Source of the DNA: Erysipelotrichales bacterium
GTDB lineage: Bacteria > Bacillota_I > Bacilli_A > RFN20 > CAG-826
DNA: 64,000 bases
Direction of reading: 5' to 3'
Assembly: GCA_022508535.1 (NCBI GenBank)
Contig: JAFLUZ010000007.1
Location: 6,731-70,730, forward strand
The position numbers and the translations under genes are program-made. Shown here piece after piece: positions 27,403 through 37,393 of the stretch. A model generated the notes under the pieces. It was not told where the DNA came from and searched no databases. It saw nothing but the letters and a program-made list of their open reading frames with translations. The first letter of the stretch is position 1, and each line of letters starts with the position of its first letter.

Positions 27403-28533
27403 ATGAAAAAAATTAAAAACTTTTTTTTAAATTTGAAATTGAAGTTCACAAATCTATTTAAGAGAAAAAAGAAAGAAAAAGTAGTAAAGAGGAAAGAACC
27501 AGAACTTAAATTTAACAGTAGAAAAATGCCAAAAGTCATCGTCTCTACAAAATTTTCATTAAAAAAGGCAAGTTTATTTGCGGTTCCTGTTGTGATTGCA
27601 ATTGTTGGTATTACAATCGGAATACTTACAAATTCTCAAGACACTGTTAATGTTAATGTTACTCTTGTTGATGATACTACAACACATCGTGTTTTCTTAT
27701 TGAGTGAAGATAATATGGTTATACCAGTAAGTGTCGCACTTGAAGAGAAAATGACAAAAGATGAAGAGATTCTAGATGTCTTTAATTTAATTAAAGATGA
27801 CAAAAAATATGAAAACGATAAGATGAGAGGATACATTCCTGCAAATACTAAATTAAATGATATTGAACTAAGTAACGGAATCTTAACATTAGATTTAACA
27901 TCAGAATTTGAAAATCTTCCTATGAAAAATGTAATGCACACAGTAGAGGCTCTTACTTATACGTTCTTAGACTTTGAGGAAGTTAATGGATTAAGACTTC
28001 GTGTTGATGGCTGTTTAACCGATAAAGTTGCTGGTGATTATGTTATTCCAACTATACTTGATAAAAGTATTGGTATTAACAAACAAGTAAGTTCATTAAG
28101 TAGCACAAGTAAAAGTGAAGAAGTAGTAATGATTTATAATAAGACTATTAATAATAGTAATTTCTATATTCCAATGAGTGTTGATGCAGATAAAGGATCA
28201 ACAAAAGTAGACACCATTTATAACGCAATTGATCTAAAACCTAGCACATACACTGGTCTAAAGAAAGTTAAGGAATATTCATATTTAAATCTTTCAAGCA
28301 CACCTAAATTTGATAATAAAAAGGTCTCCTTAGATATTACCAAGGATGGAATGATTGATGAAGTCACAATTTCTAAAGAATTATATGAATTAATGGCCTT
28401 AACATTTGATTATTCAGATTTGGACTATCAAGTAAACCTTACATTTGAAGGTGAAGACTATGAAGTTGATGGCATTATCGACGAAGAAGACTTCAAAGTA
28501 TCTTCATTTGTCTATAATGAAGTGCAATTATAG
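27403..28533 (+). CDS. gerM: GerM-like sporulation/germination protein (membrane anchor plus GerMN-type domains)
   Basis: N-terminal TM segment. GerMN-like segment (...IPANTKLNDIELSNGILTLDLTSEF). Synteny with racE. ATG 27403 has a GAGGTG SD. Confidence 0.6.
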   Translation: MKKIKNFFLNLKLKFTNLFKRKKKEKVVKRKEPELKFNSRKMPKVIVSTKFSLKKASLFAVPVVIAIVGITIGILTNSQDTVNVNVTLVDDTTTHRVFLLSEDNMVIPVSVALEEKMTKDEEILDVFNLIKDDKKYENDKMRGYIPANTKLNDIELSNGILTLDLTSEFENLPMKNVMHTVEALTYTFLDFEEVNGLRLRVDGCLTDKVAGDYVIPTILDKSIGINKQVSSLSSTSKSEEVVMIYNKTINNSNFYIPMSVDADKGSTKVDTIYNAIDLKPSTYTGLKKVKEYSYLNLSSTPKFDNKKVSLDITKDGMIDEVTISKELYELMALTFDYSDLDYQVNLTFEGEDYEVDGIIDEEDFKVSSFVYNEVQL

Positions 28534-28588
28534 TAAATTGATTTAAAACACTTGAAAAAATATTAATTTATGATAATATAAATGGCGT

Positions 28589-28665
28589 GTCCTTGTAGCT
28601 CAGCTGGATAGAGCAACTGCCTTCTAAGCCGTAGGTCGGGAGTTCGAATCTCTCCAAGGACGCCA
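28589..28665 (+). tRNA. tRNA-Arg (anticodon UCU), CCA encoded
   Basis: Cloverleaf folded by hand: acceptor GTCCTTG/CAAGGAC, D arm GCTC/GAGC, anticodon loop CTTCTAA, T arm GGGAG-TTCGAAT-CTCTC. Own TTGAAA-16-TGaTAATAT promoter and its own terminator. Confidence 0.9.
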
Positions 28666-28679
28666 TTTAGATAATAATT

Positions 28680-28709
28680 ACCTTATTTCATATGAGATAA
28701 GGTTTTTTA
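28680..28709 (+). terminator. intrinsic terminator after tRNA-Arg
   Basis: ACCTTAT...ATAAGGT stem followed by T6. Confidence 0.7.
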
Positions 28710-28752
28710 TTTGTATTTTTATGCTATAATTTTTTAATAAGGCGGTAATATC

Positions 28753-29661
28753 ATGAATATATATGATGATTTATTTAAAAAAGGCGAATATCAAAAAGTA
28801 GTAGAAGAACTTGAATTATCTACTGATCCTCAAAATATTTGGTTAGTGGTAGATTCTTATATTCAAATGAATCAAATTGATAATGCAATCCGCACTATTG
28901 AAAATAACCGTGATATTTTATTAAAAGATGATCCAAAAAAATTAATGTTTTTAAATATAGATTTGCACCTTTTAAATAACGATTTTGTCCGTGCCTTAAC
29001 TACTTTTTCGTATTTTGAAGAATTACCATATATATCCATAGAAGTTGAAGAATTATTACCGACTTTAAAGCAATATATTTATAAAAAAATGAATGATAAA
29101 TCTTCAAAAATGTCAGAAGAGGAAATTATTAAAAACATTAAAAACTATGATAATAAGGATTTGTTTTTAAAATCAGTATATGAAGTTCAAAAACGCGATA
29201 TAAAGCCATTTTTATTACATTTAAAAAATGCCTTGGTGGCAGAAAAAATAGATGATATTATTAAAAGTTTAATTTTGATTTTACTTGTTGAAAAAAGAGT
29301 AGATGACGAAATTAAAGTTTTAAAAAACGATAAAGAGTATTTTGTAATACCTCATTATCTTGATCCTATCATTACGATGGATGAAATTGAAAAAATTGTA
29401 TATGGAAATATTAACGATAAGGATGTTTCTATACTTAATTTAATGACACAATTGATTGCAGATTATGCTCTAAGAATATATCCAGATAATGTATTTGAAG
29501 ATGGTGAAGAAGAGTATGTATTAGCGTTTTATTATCTTGCAAATGAAATGTTTCAGAAAGATACTAAATTCATTGATACTTTGTTAGAGCAAAAACAAAT
29601 AAATAAAGAAACTATTATTGCCATAAAAGAAAGTATTAAAGATATATTGAATTCAAAATAA
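28753..29661 (+). CDS. hypothetical protein, helical/TPR-like, no recognisable motif
   Basis: Clean 302-aa ORF with its own terminator at about 29668-29692. I do not recognise the family. Confidence 0.5.
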   Translation: MNIYDDLFKKGEYQKVVEELELSTDPQNIWLVVDSYIQMNQIDNAIRTIENNRDILLKDDPKKLMFLNIDLHLLNNDFVRALTTFSYFEELPYISIEVEELLPTLKQYIYKKMNDKSSKMSEEEIIKNIKNYDNKDLFLKSVYEVQKRDIKPFLLHLKNALVAEKIDDIIKSLILILLVEKRVDDEIKVLKNDKEYFVIPHYLDPIITMDEIEKIVYGNINDKDVSILNLMTQLIADYALRIYPDNVFEDGEEEYVLAFYYLANEMFQKDTKFIDTLLEQKQINKETIIAIKESIKDILNSK

Positions 29662-29860
29662 GTAACTAATGCTCTAAAGTAGAGCATTTTTTGTTGTAAT
29701 ATATTTAGAAATGTAAATAATAAATTAAAAAGTGTTTAAGATTTTGTCAAAAAATACAATGGAGCATTTTGATTGGCAAAAATTAACAATTTTTAGTTGT
29801 AATGAAATTATATTTAATATATAATTTAAGGCGTGCAAAAAGAAATTTGGAGGTATTTTT

Positions 29861-31135
29861 ATGCAAAGAGAAATTAAAAAATTAGAAAATTGTCGTACAG
29901 AGGTTAAAGTAACATTCGAACCTGAAGAATGGAAAGCTGCTCGCGACGCTGCATTAAATAAATTAGCAAAAAATGTTGAAATTAAAGGATTCCGTAAAGG
30001 ACATGCTCCTATTCAACTTGCCAAAGAAAGAATTAGTGAAGGCGATATTATGAATAATGCTTTAGATAGCTTACTTCAAAACGCTTATACTAAAGTATTG
30101 TCTGAAGAAAACATTGTTCCAGTTGCACGTCCAAGTGTTAACGTTACAAAGCTTTCTGATACAGAATGTGAAGTTGTAATTTTAATTCCAACTCGTCCAG
30201 AAATTAAATTAGGTCAATATAAAGGTTTAGAAGTCGGTCACAATGAAGTAAGTGTTGGTAACGAAGAATTAGATGCTGAAATTGCTAAGCGCTTAAAAGA
30301 TAATGCTGAACTAGTTTTAAAAGAAGATGAGGCAAAACTTGGTGACACTGTTGTTATTGACTTTGAAGGATTTATTGATGGAAAAGCATTTGATGGTGGC
30401 AAGGCTGAAAACTTCTCCCTTGAATTAGGCTCAAATCAATTTGTTCCAGGATTTGAAGATCAATTAGTAGGAGCAAAAGCTGAAGAAAAACGTGATGTCG
30501 TTGTTACATTCCCATCAAATTATCCAAATGGATTAAACGATAAAGAAGCAACATTCAAAGTCGTTGTTCATGAAGTAAAGGAAAAGGTTTTCCCTGAATT
30601 AAGCGATGAATTTGTCTTAGATTTAGATATTAAAGATGTCAAAAATGTTGATGAATACAAAGCTTTCGTTAAGAAAGATTTAGAAGAAAGAGCAAATAGA
30701 GCTGAAAATCAAAGATATTTTGAAGCTTTAATGGATACAATTGTTAAGAATGCTGAAGCAGTTGTTCCACAAGAATTTGTTGATGATGAAGCTGAAGTAA
30801 TGTTCAATAATTTAAAACAACAAGTTGAACAAAATGGTTTAGACATGGATGCATATTTCAAAATTACTAATTCCAAAGAAGAAGATGTACGTGCAAAAAT
30901 GAAAGAAGATGCTAGAAAGAACATCATTCGTTTCTTCTTAATGGAAGAAATTGCTAAGGCTGAAGAAATTGAAGTAAATGATGCCACAATTGAATTTGAA
31001 ATTGCAAAAATGGCTGAACAATACGGCATGGAGCCTGAAAAAATTAAAGAAATCGTTTTCAAAAACAAAGAAAGATTTGTTTCTGATATTAAACAAAATC
31101 AAATCGTCACATTCTTATTACAAAACAATAAATAA
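29861..31135 (+). CDS. tig: trigger factor
   Basis: N-terminal ribosome-binding GFRKGH motif and FKBP-type middle domain; tig-lon order. Confidence 0.95.
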   Translation: MQREIKKLENCRTEVKVTFEPEEWKAARDAALNKLAKNVEIKGFRKGHAPIQLAKERISEGDIMNNALDSLLQNAYTKVLSEENIVPVARPSVNVTKLSDTECEVVILIPTRPEIKLGQYKGLEVGHNEVSVGNEELDAEIAKRLKDNAELVLKEDEAKLGDTVVIDFEGFIDGKAFDGGKAENFSLELGSNQFVPGFEDQLVGAKAEEKRDVVVTFPSNYPNGLNDKEATFKVVVHEVKEKVFPELSDEFVLDLDIKDVKNVDEYKAFVKKDLEERANRAENQRYFEALMDTIVKNAEAVVPQEFVDDEAEVMFNNLKQQVEQNGLDMDAYFKITNSKEEDVRAKMKEDARKNIIRFFLMEEIAKAEEIEVNDATIEFEIAKMAEQYGMEPEKIKEIVFKNKERFVSDIKQNQIVTFLLQNNK

Positions 31136-31159
31136 AAAAATGGCTTCGGCCATTTTTTC
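31136..31159 (+). terminator. intrinsic terminator after tig
   Basis: AAAAAATGGC-TTCG-GCCATTTTTT. Confidence 0.8.
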
Positions 31160-31189
31160 TACTCATAATAAAGAAGGAGGTAAATTATT

Positions 31190-33505
31190 ATGGATAAAGA
31201 ATTAACTGCACCTCTTATTGTAACAAGAGGGCTTGTCACCTTTCCTGGATGTCCAACAACAATAGAGGCTATTAGAATACCAACTTTAGCAAGTATTGAA
31301 CTATCTAAAGAGTATGACAATAGCATTTTGGTTGTCTCACAAATTAATCCTTCAACAGATGAACCTGGATTAGAAGATTTTTACTATGTTGGTACTTTCT
31401 GCCGTGTAATTTCTGTAACAGAGTTAAAAGAATATACTCGAGTTAGAATTGATCCTAAATATAGAATTAAAATTAAATCTGTTTCCAAAGGTCCTGATGG
31501 TAAAAGTTTACTCGCTAATTATGTCGAGTTAAGCGATGTTTTAGGTGATCGCATTGAAGAAGAAGCGTTGATTCGTTCAATTATTCAAGAATTGGAGCAA
31601 ATGGCAGATTTACTTGATACTTTACCTAAGTCTTTTATTAATCAATTATCCAAGGGCGTATCATCCGTGCAACTTTCAAATTTACTTGCCCATAATATGC
31701 CTCTTACGATAAAAGCAAAACAAGAAATTTTAGAAACTTTGAATATTAATAGTCGTTTAGAGCTCCTTCTTAAGGCTATTAATCAAGAAAAAGAAGTTCG
31801 TGAAGTAGATAAGTTAATCACTGAGAAAATGCATAAATCGACAGAAAAGACACAAAGAGAATACATATTACGTGAAAAACTAAAAGCTATTCGAAGTGAA
31901 CTTGGTGAAGATGAAGATGCCGATGATTCTGAATCTAAAATATTGGAAAGATTAGAAAACAATCCTTATCCTGAAGAAATTAAAGCTAAAGTAAAATCAG
32001 AATTGAAACGTTATCAAATGATGCCACAAGCTTCATTAGAGAGCTCAATTATTAAAAATTACATTGATACTTTAATGAATTTGCCATGGTTTGAGTCAAC
32101 GGTTGATAATGATGATTTGAAGAACGCTCGTAAAATCTTAGATGAAGATCATTATGGCCTTGAAAAGGTTAAAGATCGTCTTATTGAATATTTAGCAGTC
32201 AAGAAAATGACTGGTAATTTAAAAGCACCTATTTTATGTCTTTATGGCGCACCAGGTGTCGGTAAAACATCTTTAGGAAGAAGTGTTGCCCGTGCCTTAA
32301 ATCGTAAATTCCATCGTATTGCTTTAGGTGGCATTTCCGATGAAGCAGAAATTCGTGGACATCGTCGCACCTATGTTGGTGCAATGCCAGGAAGAATTAT
32401 TGCTGGTATGCGTCGTGTTGGCGTTAACAATCCTGTATTTTTATTGGATGAAGTTGATAAACTTGCTAACTCATATAAAGGAGATCCTGCTTCTGCACTT
32501 TTAGAAGTTTTAGATCCAGAACAAAATGTTAAATTTAATGATAATTACGTTGAAGAAGCATTCGATTTATCTAATGTTTTATTCATTGCAACAGCAAATA
32601 ATATTGAAAATGTTCCAGGACCACTCCGTGATCGTTTGGAATTAATTGAAGTTAATTCCTATACAGTCATTGAAAAGCTTCATATCGCTAAGGATCATTT
32701 AATTAAGAAACAAGTAAATTTAGCGGGTTTAAAAGAATCACAAATTAAATTTGACGATAAGGCGATTCTTGCAATTATTTATAACTATACAAGAGAAGCA
32801 GGTGTGCGTGAATTAGAACGTAAAATTGCTTCAATTTGTCGAAAAGTAGTTGTTGAACTCCTTAATGATGAGAAAGTTAAGAAAGTTAATATTACCGAAA
32901 AGAAAGTTAAAGAATTATTAGGCATAGAAATATTTAATGAAGACAAACGTGAGAAAAAAGACCAAGTTGGTGTTGTGACAGGACTTGCTTATACTCAATA
33001 TGGTGGCTCAATTCTTCCAATTGAAGTAACTAATTATGTCGGAAAAGGAAGACTTGTTTTAACAGGTAGTCTAGGCGATGTTATGAAAGAATCTGCCACT
33101 ATCGCCCTTGACTATGTACGTGCAAATGCTAAAAAATACAAAATTGATGATGAAATCTTTGAAAAAAATGATATTCACATCCATTTCCCTGAAGGTGCAA
33201 TTCCAAAAGATGGACCATCCGCAGGTGTTGCAATTACAACTGCACTTATATCTTCTTTAACAAATCGCAAAGTTAAAGCTGATGTTGCAATGACTGGAGA
33301 AGTATCACTTCGCGGAAACGCTATTGCTATTGGTGGATTACGAGAAAAATCACTTGCAGCCTTAAGAAGTGGTATTAAAACAATTATCGTTCCAAAAGAT
33401 AACACACCACAAGTCAATGAACTTCCTAGTGAAGTTAAAGAGCAAATGAATATTGTCTTTATGACCTGTGTCGATGATGCACTTGAAGTGGCATTAAGAG
33501 GTTAA
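31190..33505 (+). CDS. lon: ATP-dependent Lon protease (LonA)
   Basis: LON N-domain, Walker A GAPGVGKTS, and protease motif PKDGPSAGV. Confidence 0.97.
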   Translation: MDKELTAPLIVTRGLVTFPGCPTTIEAIRIPTLASIELSKEYDNSILVVSQINPSTDEPGLEDFYYVGTFCRVISVTELKEYTRVRIDPKYRIKIKSVSKGPDGKSLLANYVELSDVLGDRIEEEALIRSIIQELEQMADLLDTLPKSFINQLSKGVSSVQLSNLLAHNMPLTIKAKQEILETLNINSRLELLLKAINQEKEVREVDKLITEKMHKSTEKTQREYILREKLKAIRSELGEDEDADDSESKILERLENNPYPEEIKAKVKSELKRYQMMPQASLESSIIKNYIDTLMNLPWFESTVDNDDLKNARKILDEDHYGLEKVKDRLIEYLAVKKMTGNLKAPILCLYGAPGVGKTSLGRSVARALNRKFHRIALGGISDEAEIRGHRRTYVGAMPGRIIAGMRRVGVNNPVFLLDEVDKLANSYKGDPASALLEVLDPEQNVKFNDNYVEEAFDLSNVLFIATANNIENVPGPLRDRLELIEVNSYTVIEKLHIAKDHLIKKQVNLAGLKESQIKFDDKAILAIIYNYTREAGVRELERKIASICRKVVVELLNDEKVKKVNITEKKVKELLGIEIFNEDKREKKDQVGVVTGLAYTQYGGSILPIEVTNYVGKGRLVLTGSLGDVMKESATIALDYVRANAKKYKIDDEIFEKNDIHIHFPEGAIPKDGPSAGVAITTALISSLTNRKVKADVAMTGEVSLRGNAIAIGGLREKSLAALRSGIKTIIVPKDNTPQVNELPSEVKEQMNIVFMTCVDDALEVALRG

Positions 33506-33506
33506 A

Positions 33507-34088
33507 ATGCTTAATTTTCGCTCAGCCACTTTTATAAAAAGTGCAACTTTAAAAAAAGATCGTCCTAACAAGAATCTTAAAGAAGTTCTATTTGTTGGAA
33601 GATCTAACGTTGGTAAATCATCACTTATTAACGCTCTATGTGATAATAAGTCATTATGTTTTACATCTTCAAAACCTGGTCATACTCGTCTATTAAATTA
33701 TTTTGAGATAAAAGATACTTTGTATCTTGTTGACGCCCCAGGATATGGTTATTCGAAGGCTGGTGGACGTCACGATGAACTCTTTGGTGCGATGATGGAA
33801 GACTATTTTGCAGAAAACGATAATCTTTCCTTAATTGTATTTTTGATGGATTCACGTCGTGAAGTGCGTGAAGAAGAAAAAGATTTATTAAATTTCTTTA
33901 ATGAAGAAAATATACCTTATGTAATTACTTTTACTAAAGCTGATAAACTTAATCAAAGTGAAAAAGCTAAGGCGATGAAAGAAGTGCATAAATTATCATC
34001 ATCAAATAATGCTGATATTATATTTACATCCATAAACAATAAAAACTCCATTGAAGAATTAAAAAAATATATCTCAAATCACATATAA
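33507..34088 (+). CDS. engB: ribosome biogenesis GTPase EngB/YsxC
   Basis: GRSNVGKSSLIN G1 motif, DAPGYG G3 motif, TKADK G4 motif; lies downstream of lon as in Bacillus. Confidence 0.93.
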   Translation: MLNFRSATFIKSATLKKDRPNKNLKEVLFVGRSNVGKSSLINALCDNKSLCFTSSKPGHTRLLNYFEIKDTLYLVDAPGYGYSKAGGRHDELFGAMMEDYFAENDNLSLIVFLMDSRREVREEEKDLLNFFNEENIPYVITFTKADKLNQSEKAKAMKEVHKLSSSNNADIIFTSINNKNSIEELKKYISNHI

Positions 34089-34195
34089 CATACGATTAAA
34101 TCGTATGTTTTTTTAATTAACCGACATCATAATTTAAAAAAACTCAGATTTTTCTGAGTTTTTAGAAAGCTTTATGTTTTTTTATTTCTAATCTA

Positions 34196-35119
34196 TTATT
34201 TAATTCTTTTAATAAGTCTATAAAAAGTGGCTAAAAACCAAGTGAAAGGGGCCAATACAGTTAATAAAAATTTGTGCTTATTAATATCTTTATAATATTT
34301 ATTAGCTTTTTGAAAATCTTTACTTGAAATAAAAAAGCAAAATGAGTATAAGAATATATTTTTATATGATTTACCATACAAATTTTCATTAATTACTTTG
34401 AATTTAAACTTGTATGTTGTAGGGTTAAATTGCTTTCTTGTTCTTTTTTTATCAGTTAAGTTTCCACCTTCTCCGACATAATATACTCGAACAACTTCAT
34501 TGGTATAATATGTTCCATACTTATTATCAATTTGATCCCATACTACATTTTCTGGAACATGTGAAACACATGGTACTAAAGGAAATTTATACATAGTTAA
34601 ATAGTCTCTTCTTTGTATACCAATTTTCTCACCTGAACATTTTGCTGCAATGCGTTCTGCTTCTTTCCAATTAAAATTATTTATATTGTCAGGATATTTA
34701 TCTCCGACAAAATCACCATGCTGTGTAATGCATCTTCCATGCACACACCAATATTGATCCCTTATATCCTCAGGGATATTGTAATATTTATTAACTAAAA
34801 ATCTTATTGAGTGAGGTAATAATTCATCATCTGCGTCGAGTTGAATTAGAAAAAATCCTTCAGCAATATCCCAAACAATGTTTAGGGCCGTGTGCTTACC
34901 ACCATTTTCCTTCTTGATATATTTAACAGGGCATGTGGCGTCTTTTATATATTCAGTAATTAACTCATCAGTTTTATCTATAGAACCATCGTTAACTATG
35001 ATGTGTTCAATATTAGGGTAATCAAGGTTTTTTATAGAATTAAATACTCTATAAAGAGTTTTTTCCCCGTTATAGACACATGTATATATTGAAACTAAAG
35101 GTAATTCATTGTCTTGCAT
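34196..35119 (-). CDS. family 2 glycosyltransferase with a C-terminal membrane segment
   Basis: GT-A signatures VNDGSIDKT and LDADDEL. Occupies the position of the hem operon in the Bacillus map. Confidence 0.8.
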   Translation of the reverse strand: MQDNELPLVSIYTCVYNGEKTLYRVFNSIKNLDYPNIEHIIVNDGSIDKTDELITEYIKDATCPVKYIKKENGGKHTALNIVWDIAEGFFLIQLDADDELLPHSIRFLVNKYYNIPEDIRDQYWCVHGRCITQHGDFVGDKYPDNINNFNWKEAERIAAKCSGEKIGIQRRDYLTMYKFPLVPCVSHVPENVVWDQIDNKYGTYYTNEVVRVYYVGEGGNLTDKKRTRKQFNPTTYKFKFKVINENLYGKSYKNIFLYSFCFFISSKDFQKANKYYKDINKHKFLLTVLAPFTWFLATFYRLIKRIK

Positions 35120-35324
35120 AATTGCATTATTTCTCCCATTAAAACTCTATTTAAACATATCTTATTTGCATTATTTTGTCAATTTACTCACTTACTTGTT
35201 TTTATAAAGAATATTTACGTCAAAACTCATTGTTAAACGGCATGTTGTCGCTATGTAACAAGATGCTCGATGCTTTTTTATCATAAAAAAAATTTAGATA
35301 AATACAATTATATTGGGTGATAAA

Positions 35325-36164
35325 ATGAACACGTATTATTTTGATAAAAAAATCAATTTAGAAGAAGCACCAGATAAGGTCAATTCTGTTGTGCTTGAAA
35401 ATTCATTCGATTATGTGCACTTAAACGATGGAGTCCATGTATCAGGAAAGATAGGAATTTCAGGTGAATGCAAATGCCAAGAACACGTTATTCCATTTGT
35501 GGATACTTTAGATGTTGATTTAATCGTGCCAAGTGAGAATATTGGTCATTTAAAAGGACTTAAATTAATCGTTGATAACTACGACTGCCACATTGTTGAT
35601 GATTCAATAAATTTTAGAATTAAATGTAATTTAAGTGGCTATGATGAAGACAAAGAGAATTTTGAGGTTGAAGAAGCTTTTAAAGAATTTGCAAGTGACA
35701 ATTCTGAAAAACTAATTCAAGAGTTTCGCGATACTTTAAGTGAAGAAGAAGCAAACAAGTTAGAAAACTTAATGAAAGATGATGTTGATGTTTTCGTCAA
35801 TAATTCCGAAGATGAGGTTCATACACTTGAAGAGGAAATTCCTGATTTGGCAGAAGAAGGAAATGAGGTATATCCTTTTATTCCTTATGAAGAAGAACCT
35901 GTTAAAGTAGATTCAACTGCTAATAACGAGGCAATTGAAAATGTTATAAATGAAACAAAAGCAATGAGCGTTGAAAAACCTGTAGAGCAAAATAGCCTAT
36001 TTGGCACTGAGCGTTTTGTTGTATTCTCAAGATTCTATCGCTGTGTTTCCGGTGATAGTTATGAAAGCATTGCTCTTAAATATGAGATTGATCCATATGA
36101 TTTAAAAGATTTAAATAAAAACAAGATCATTAGTGAAGGAACATTAATTCAAATTCCAAGATGA
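35325..36164 (+). CDS. spoVID: SpoVID-like spore coat morphogenetic protein (N-terminal SpoVID-type domain, acidic middle, C-terminal LysM)
   Basis: N-terminal pattern VHVSGKIGISGE...LDVDLIVPSENIGHLKGLKLIVDNYDCHIVDD resembles the SpoVID N-domain. C-terminal LysM (YRCVSGDSYESIALKYEI...GTLIQIP). Followed by ysxE. Confidence 0.65.
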   Translation: MNTYYFDKKINLEEAPDKVNSVVLENSFDYVHLNDGVHVSGKIGISGECKCQEHVIPFVDTLDVDLIVPSENIGHLKGLKLIVDNYDCHIVDDSINFRIKCNLSGYDEDKENFEVEEAFKEFASDNSEKLIQEFRDTLSEEEANKLENLMKDDVDVFVNNSEDEVHTLEEEIPDLAEEGNEVYPFIPYEEEPVKVDSTANNEAIENVINETKAMSVEKPVEQNSLFGTERFVVFSRFYRCVSGDSYESIALKYEIDPYDLKDLNKNKIISEGTLIQIPR

Positions 36165-37102
36165 AAAAAATAGTAGAAGCTAAGTATAATTTAAAAGTAA
36201 ATGCCATCATAAAAGTCACTAATAATACTTATAAATTGATGTGTGAAGAAGGTGCTTTTTTACTTAAATATCATAAAGATCAAACTCTTGAAAGTATTTT
36301 CGCACGCCTTTCAATGCTAAATAATGAAGTGTTTTTACTTCCTATTAGGTCATATAATGGTAATTTTCTTGAGAATTATGAAAACTTATACTTTTCTATT
36401 TATCCATTCTTACAAGATGAAGTCATGCTTAATAAAGATATAAGACTTCATTTTTATGTTAAAGCAATTGCAAATCTTCATTTATGGTCGCATTATAGTG
36501 TAAAAGTTAGTGATGGCTTTTTTAATGAGTCACTAGACTATTTAGAAAGACAATGCGATAATGCAGAATCATTAATTAAAAGTCGTATTGAAAGGATTGA
36601 AAGAGAAGAATATCACTCCCCATCAGATTGGTATTTTTTGATGAATTATGATCATTTAAGTAAGGCTATCGATGAGGCAAGAAGAAGGATTGATAATCTA
36701 GAAGAAGCCTGGAAAGAAGAAAGTAATCTTAATTTATCATTAACATATCAAAACTTTGATTACAGCCACATTTTAGTAAAACAAAATAAAATAGTTTCTC
36801 TTGATAAAATGGCAATTGCACCAGAAATATATGACTTAAGACAATTGTTTAATGAAGCATATATTTCACGTATTGATATTGCCACACTCATCAAAGAATA
36901 TATGGATATTAATCCTTTACAAAGTTATGAAAAAGAATGGTTGCTTGCCTTTTTATTCATACCAAACATAACTTATAATCGCAATGATATGGAAGATATT
37001 AGTGCACTTTTCAAGACACTTAGCAAACTTCATAGTGTCGAATCATTTGCAAATATTTTAAATGAAAACATTAATAGTGAAAGTGATACTTCACAAGAAT
37101 AG
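36161..37102 (+). CDS. ysxE: YsxE/CotS-family spore coat kinase-like protein
   Basis: ATGA overlap with spoVID; size and position match Bacillus ysxE. The kinase motifs are weak. Confidence 0.5.
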   Translation: MKKIVEAKYNLKVNAIIKVTNNTYKLMCEEGAFLLKYHKDQTLESIFARLSMLNNEVFLLPIRSYNGNFLENYENLYFSIYPFLQDEVMLNKDIRLHFYVKAIANLHLWSHYSVKVSDGFFNESLDYLERQCDNAESLIKSRIERIEREEYHSPSDWYFLMNYDHLSKAIDEARRRIDNLEEAWKEESNLNLSLTYQNFDYSHILVKQNKIVSLDKMAIAPEIYDLRQLFNEAYISRIDIATLIKEYMDINPLQSYEKEWLLAFLFIPNITYNRNDMEDISALFKTLSKLHSVESFANILNENINSESDTSQE

Positions 37103-37157
37103 TAAGTTATTACAATAAACATTTGCGATTATTGATAAATTAATCTATAATATGAGC

Positions 37158-37372
37158 GACGAAGATAAAGAGGAGTACTAGTTAAAGATATTTAGAGAGT
37201 TGTGCAATTGGTGAAAGCATAATTATCCTAAACTAAGAAGGTCGCTTTGGAGTCATAGAGGAATCTACGTTTACTCGCGTTAAGAGTTTGCTTAAGTGTG
37301 TATTTAACTATTAAATACAAATTAAGGTGGTACCGCGTATTTTACGTCCTTAAATTTTAAGGGCGTTTTTTA
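37158..37372 (+). promoter_or_regulatory. T-box leader (Val specifier GUC at 37241-37243) controlling valS
   Basis: TTGCGA-17-TATAAT promoter (37123-37151); AGAGAG...GGTGAAAG stem I; T-box AAATTAAGGTGGTACCGCG; terminator ACGTCCTTAA/TTAAGGGCGT followed by T6. Confidence 0.9.
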
Positions 37373-37393
37373 TTTTTAAAGGAGTTGATAAAT

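Noticed and set aside
29758-29823. 21-codon ORF (MEHFDWQKLTIFSCNEIIFNI) upstream of tig, and a 14-codon ORF at 22254-22298 upstream of mutS2.
   Set aside because: Neither has a Shine-Dalgarno sequence, and both overlap probable promoter hexamers of the downstream genes.
35220-35324. Possible sigma-E-type promoter (ATACAAT-like -10) and a hairpin plus T-run (about 35240-35278) upstream of spoVID.
   Set aside because: The motif matches are partial, and the hairpin has mismatches and lacks a clear stem. I cannot separate this from AT-rich background.
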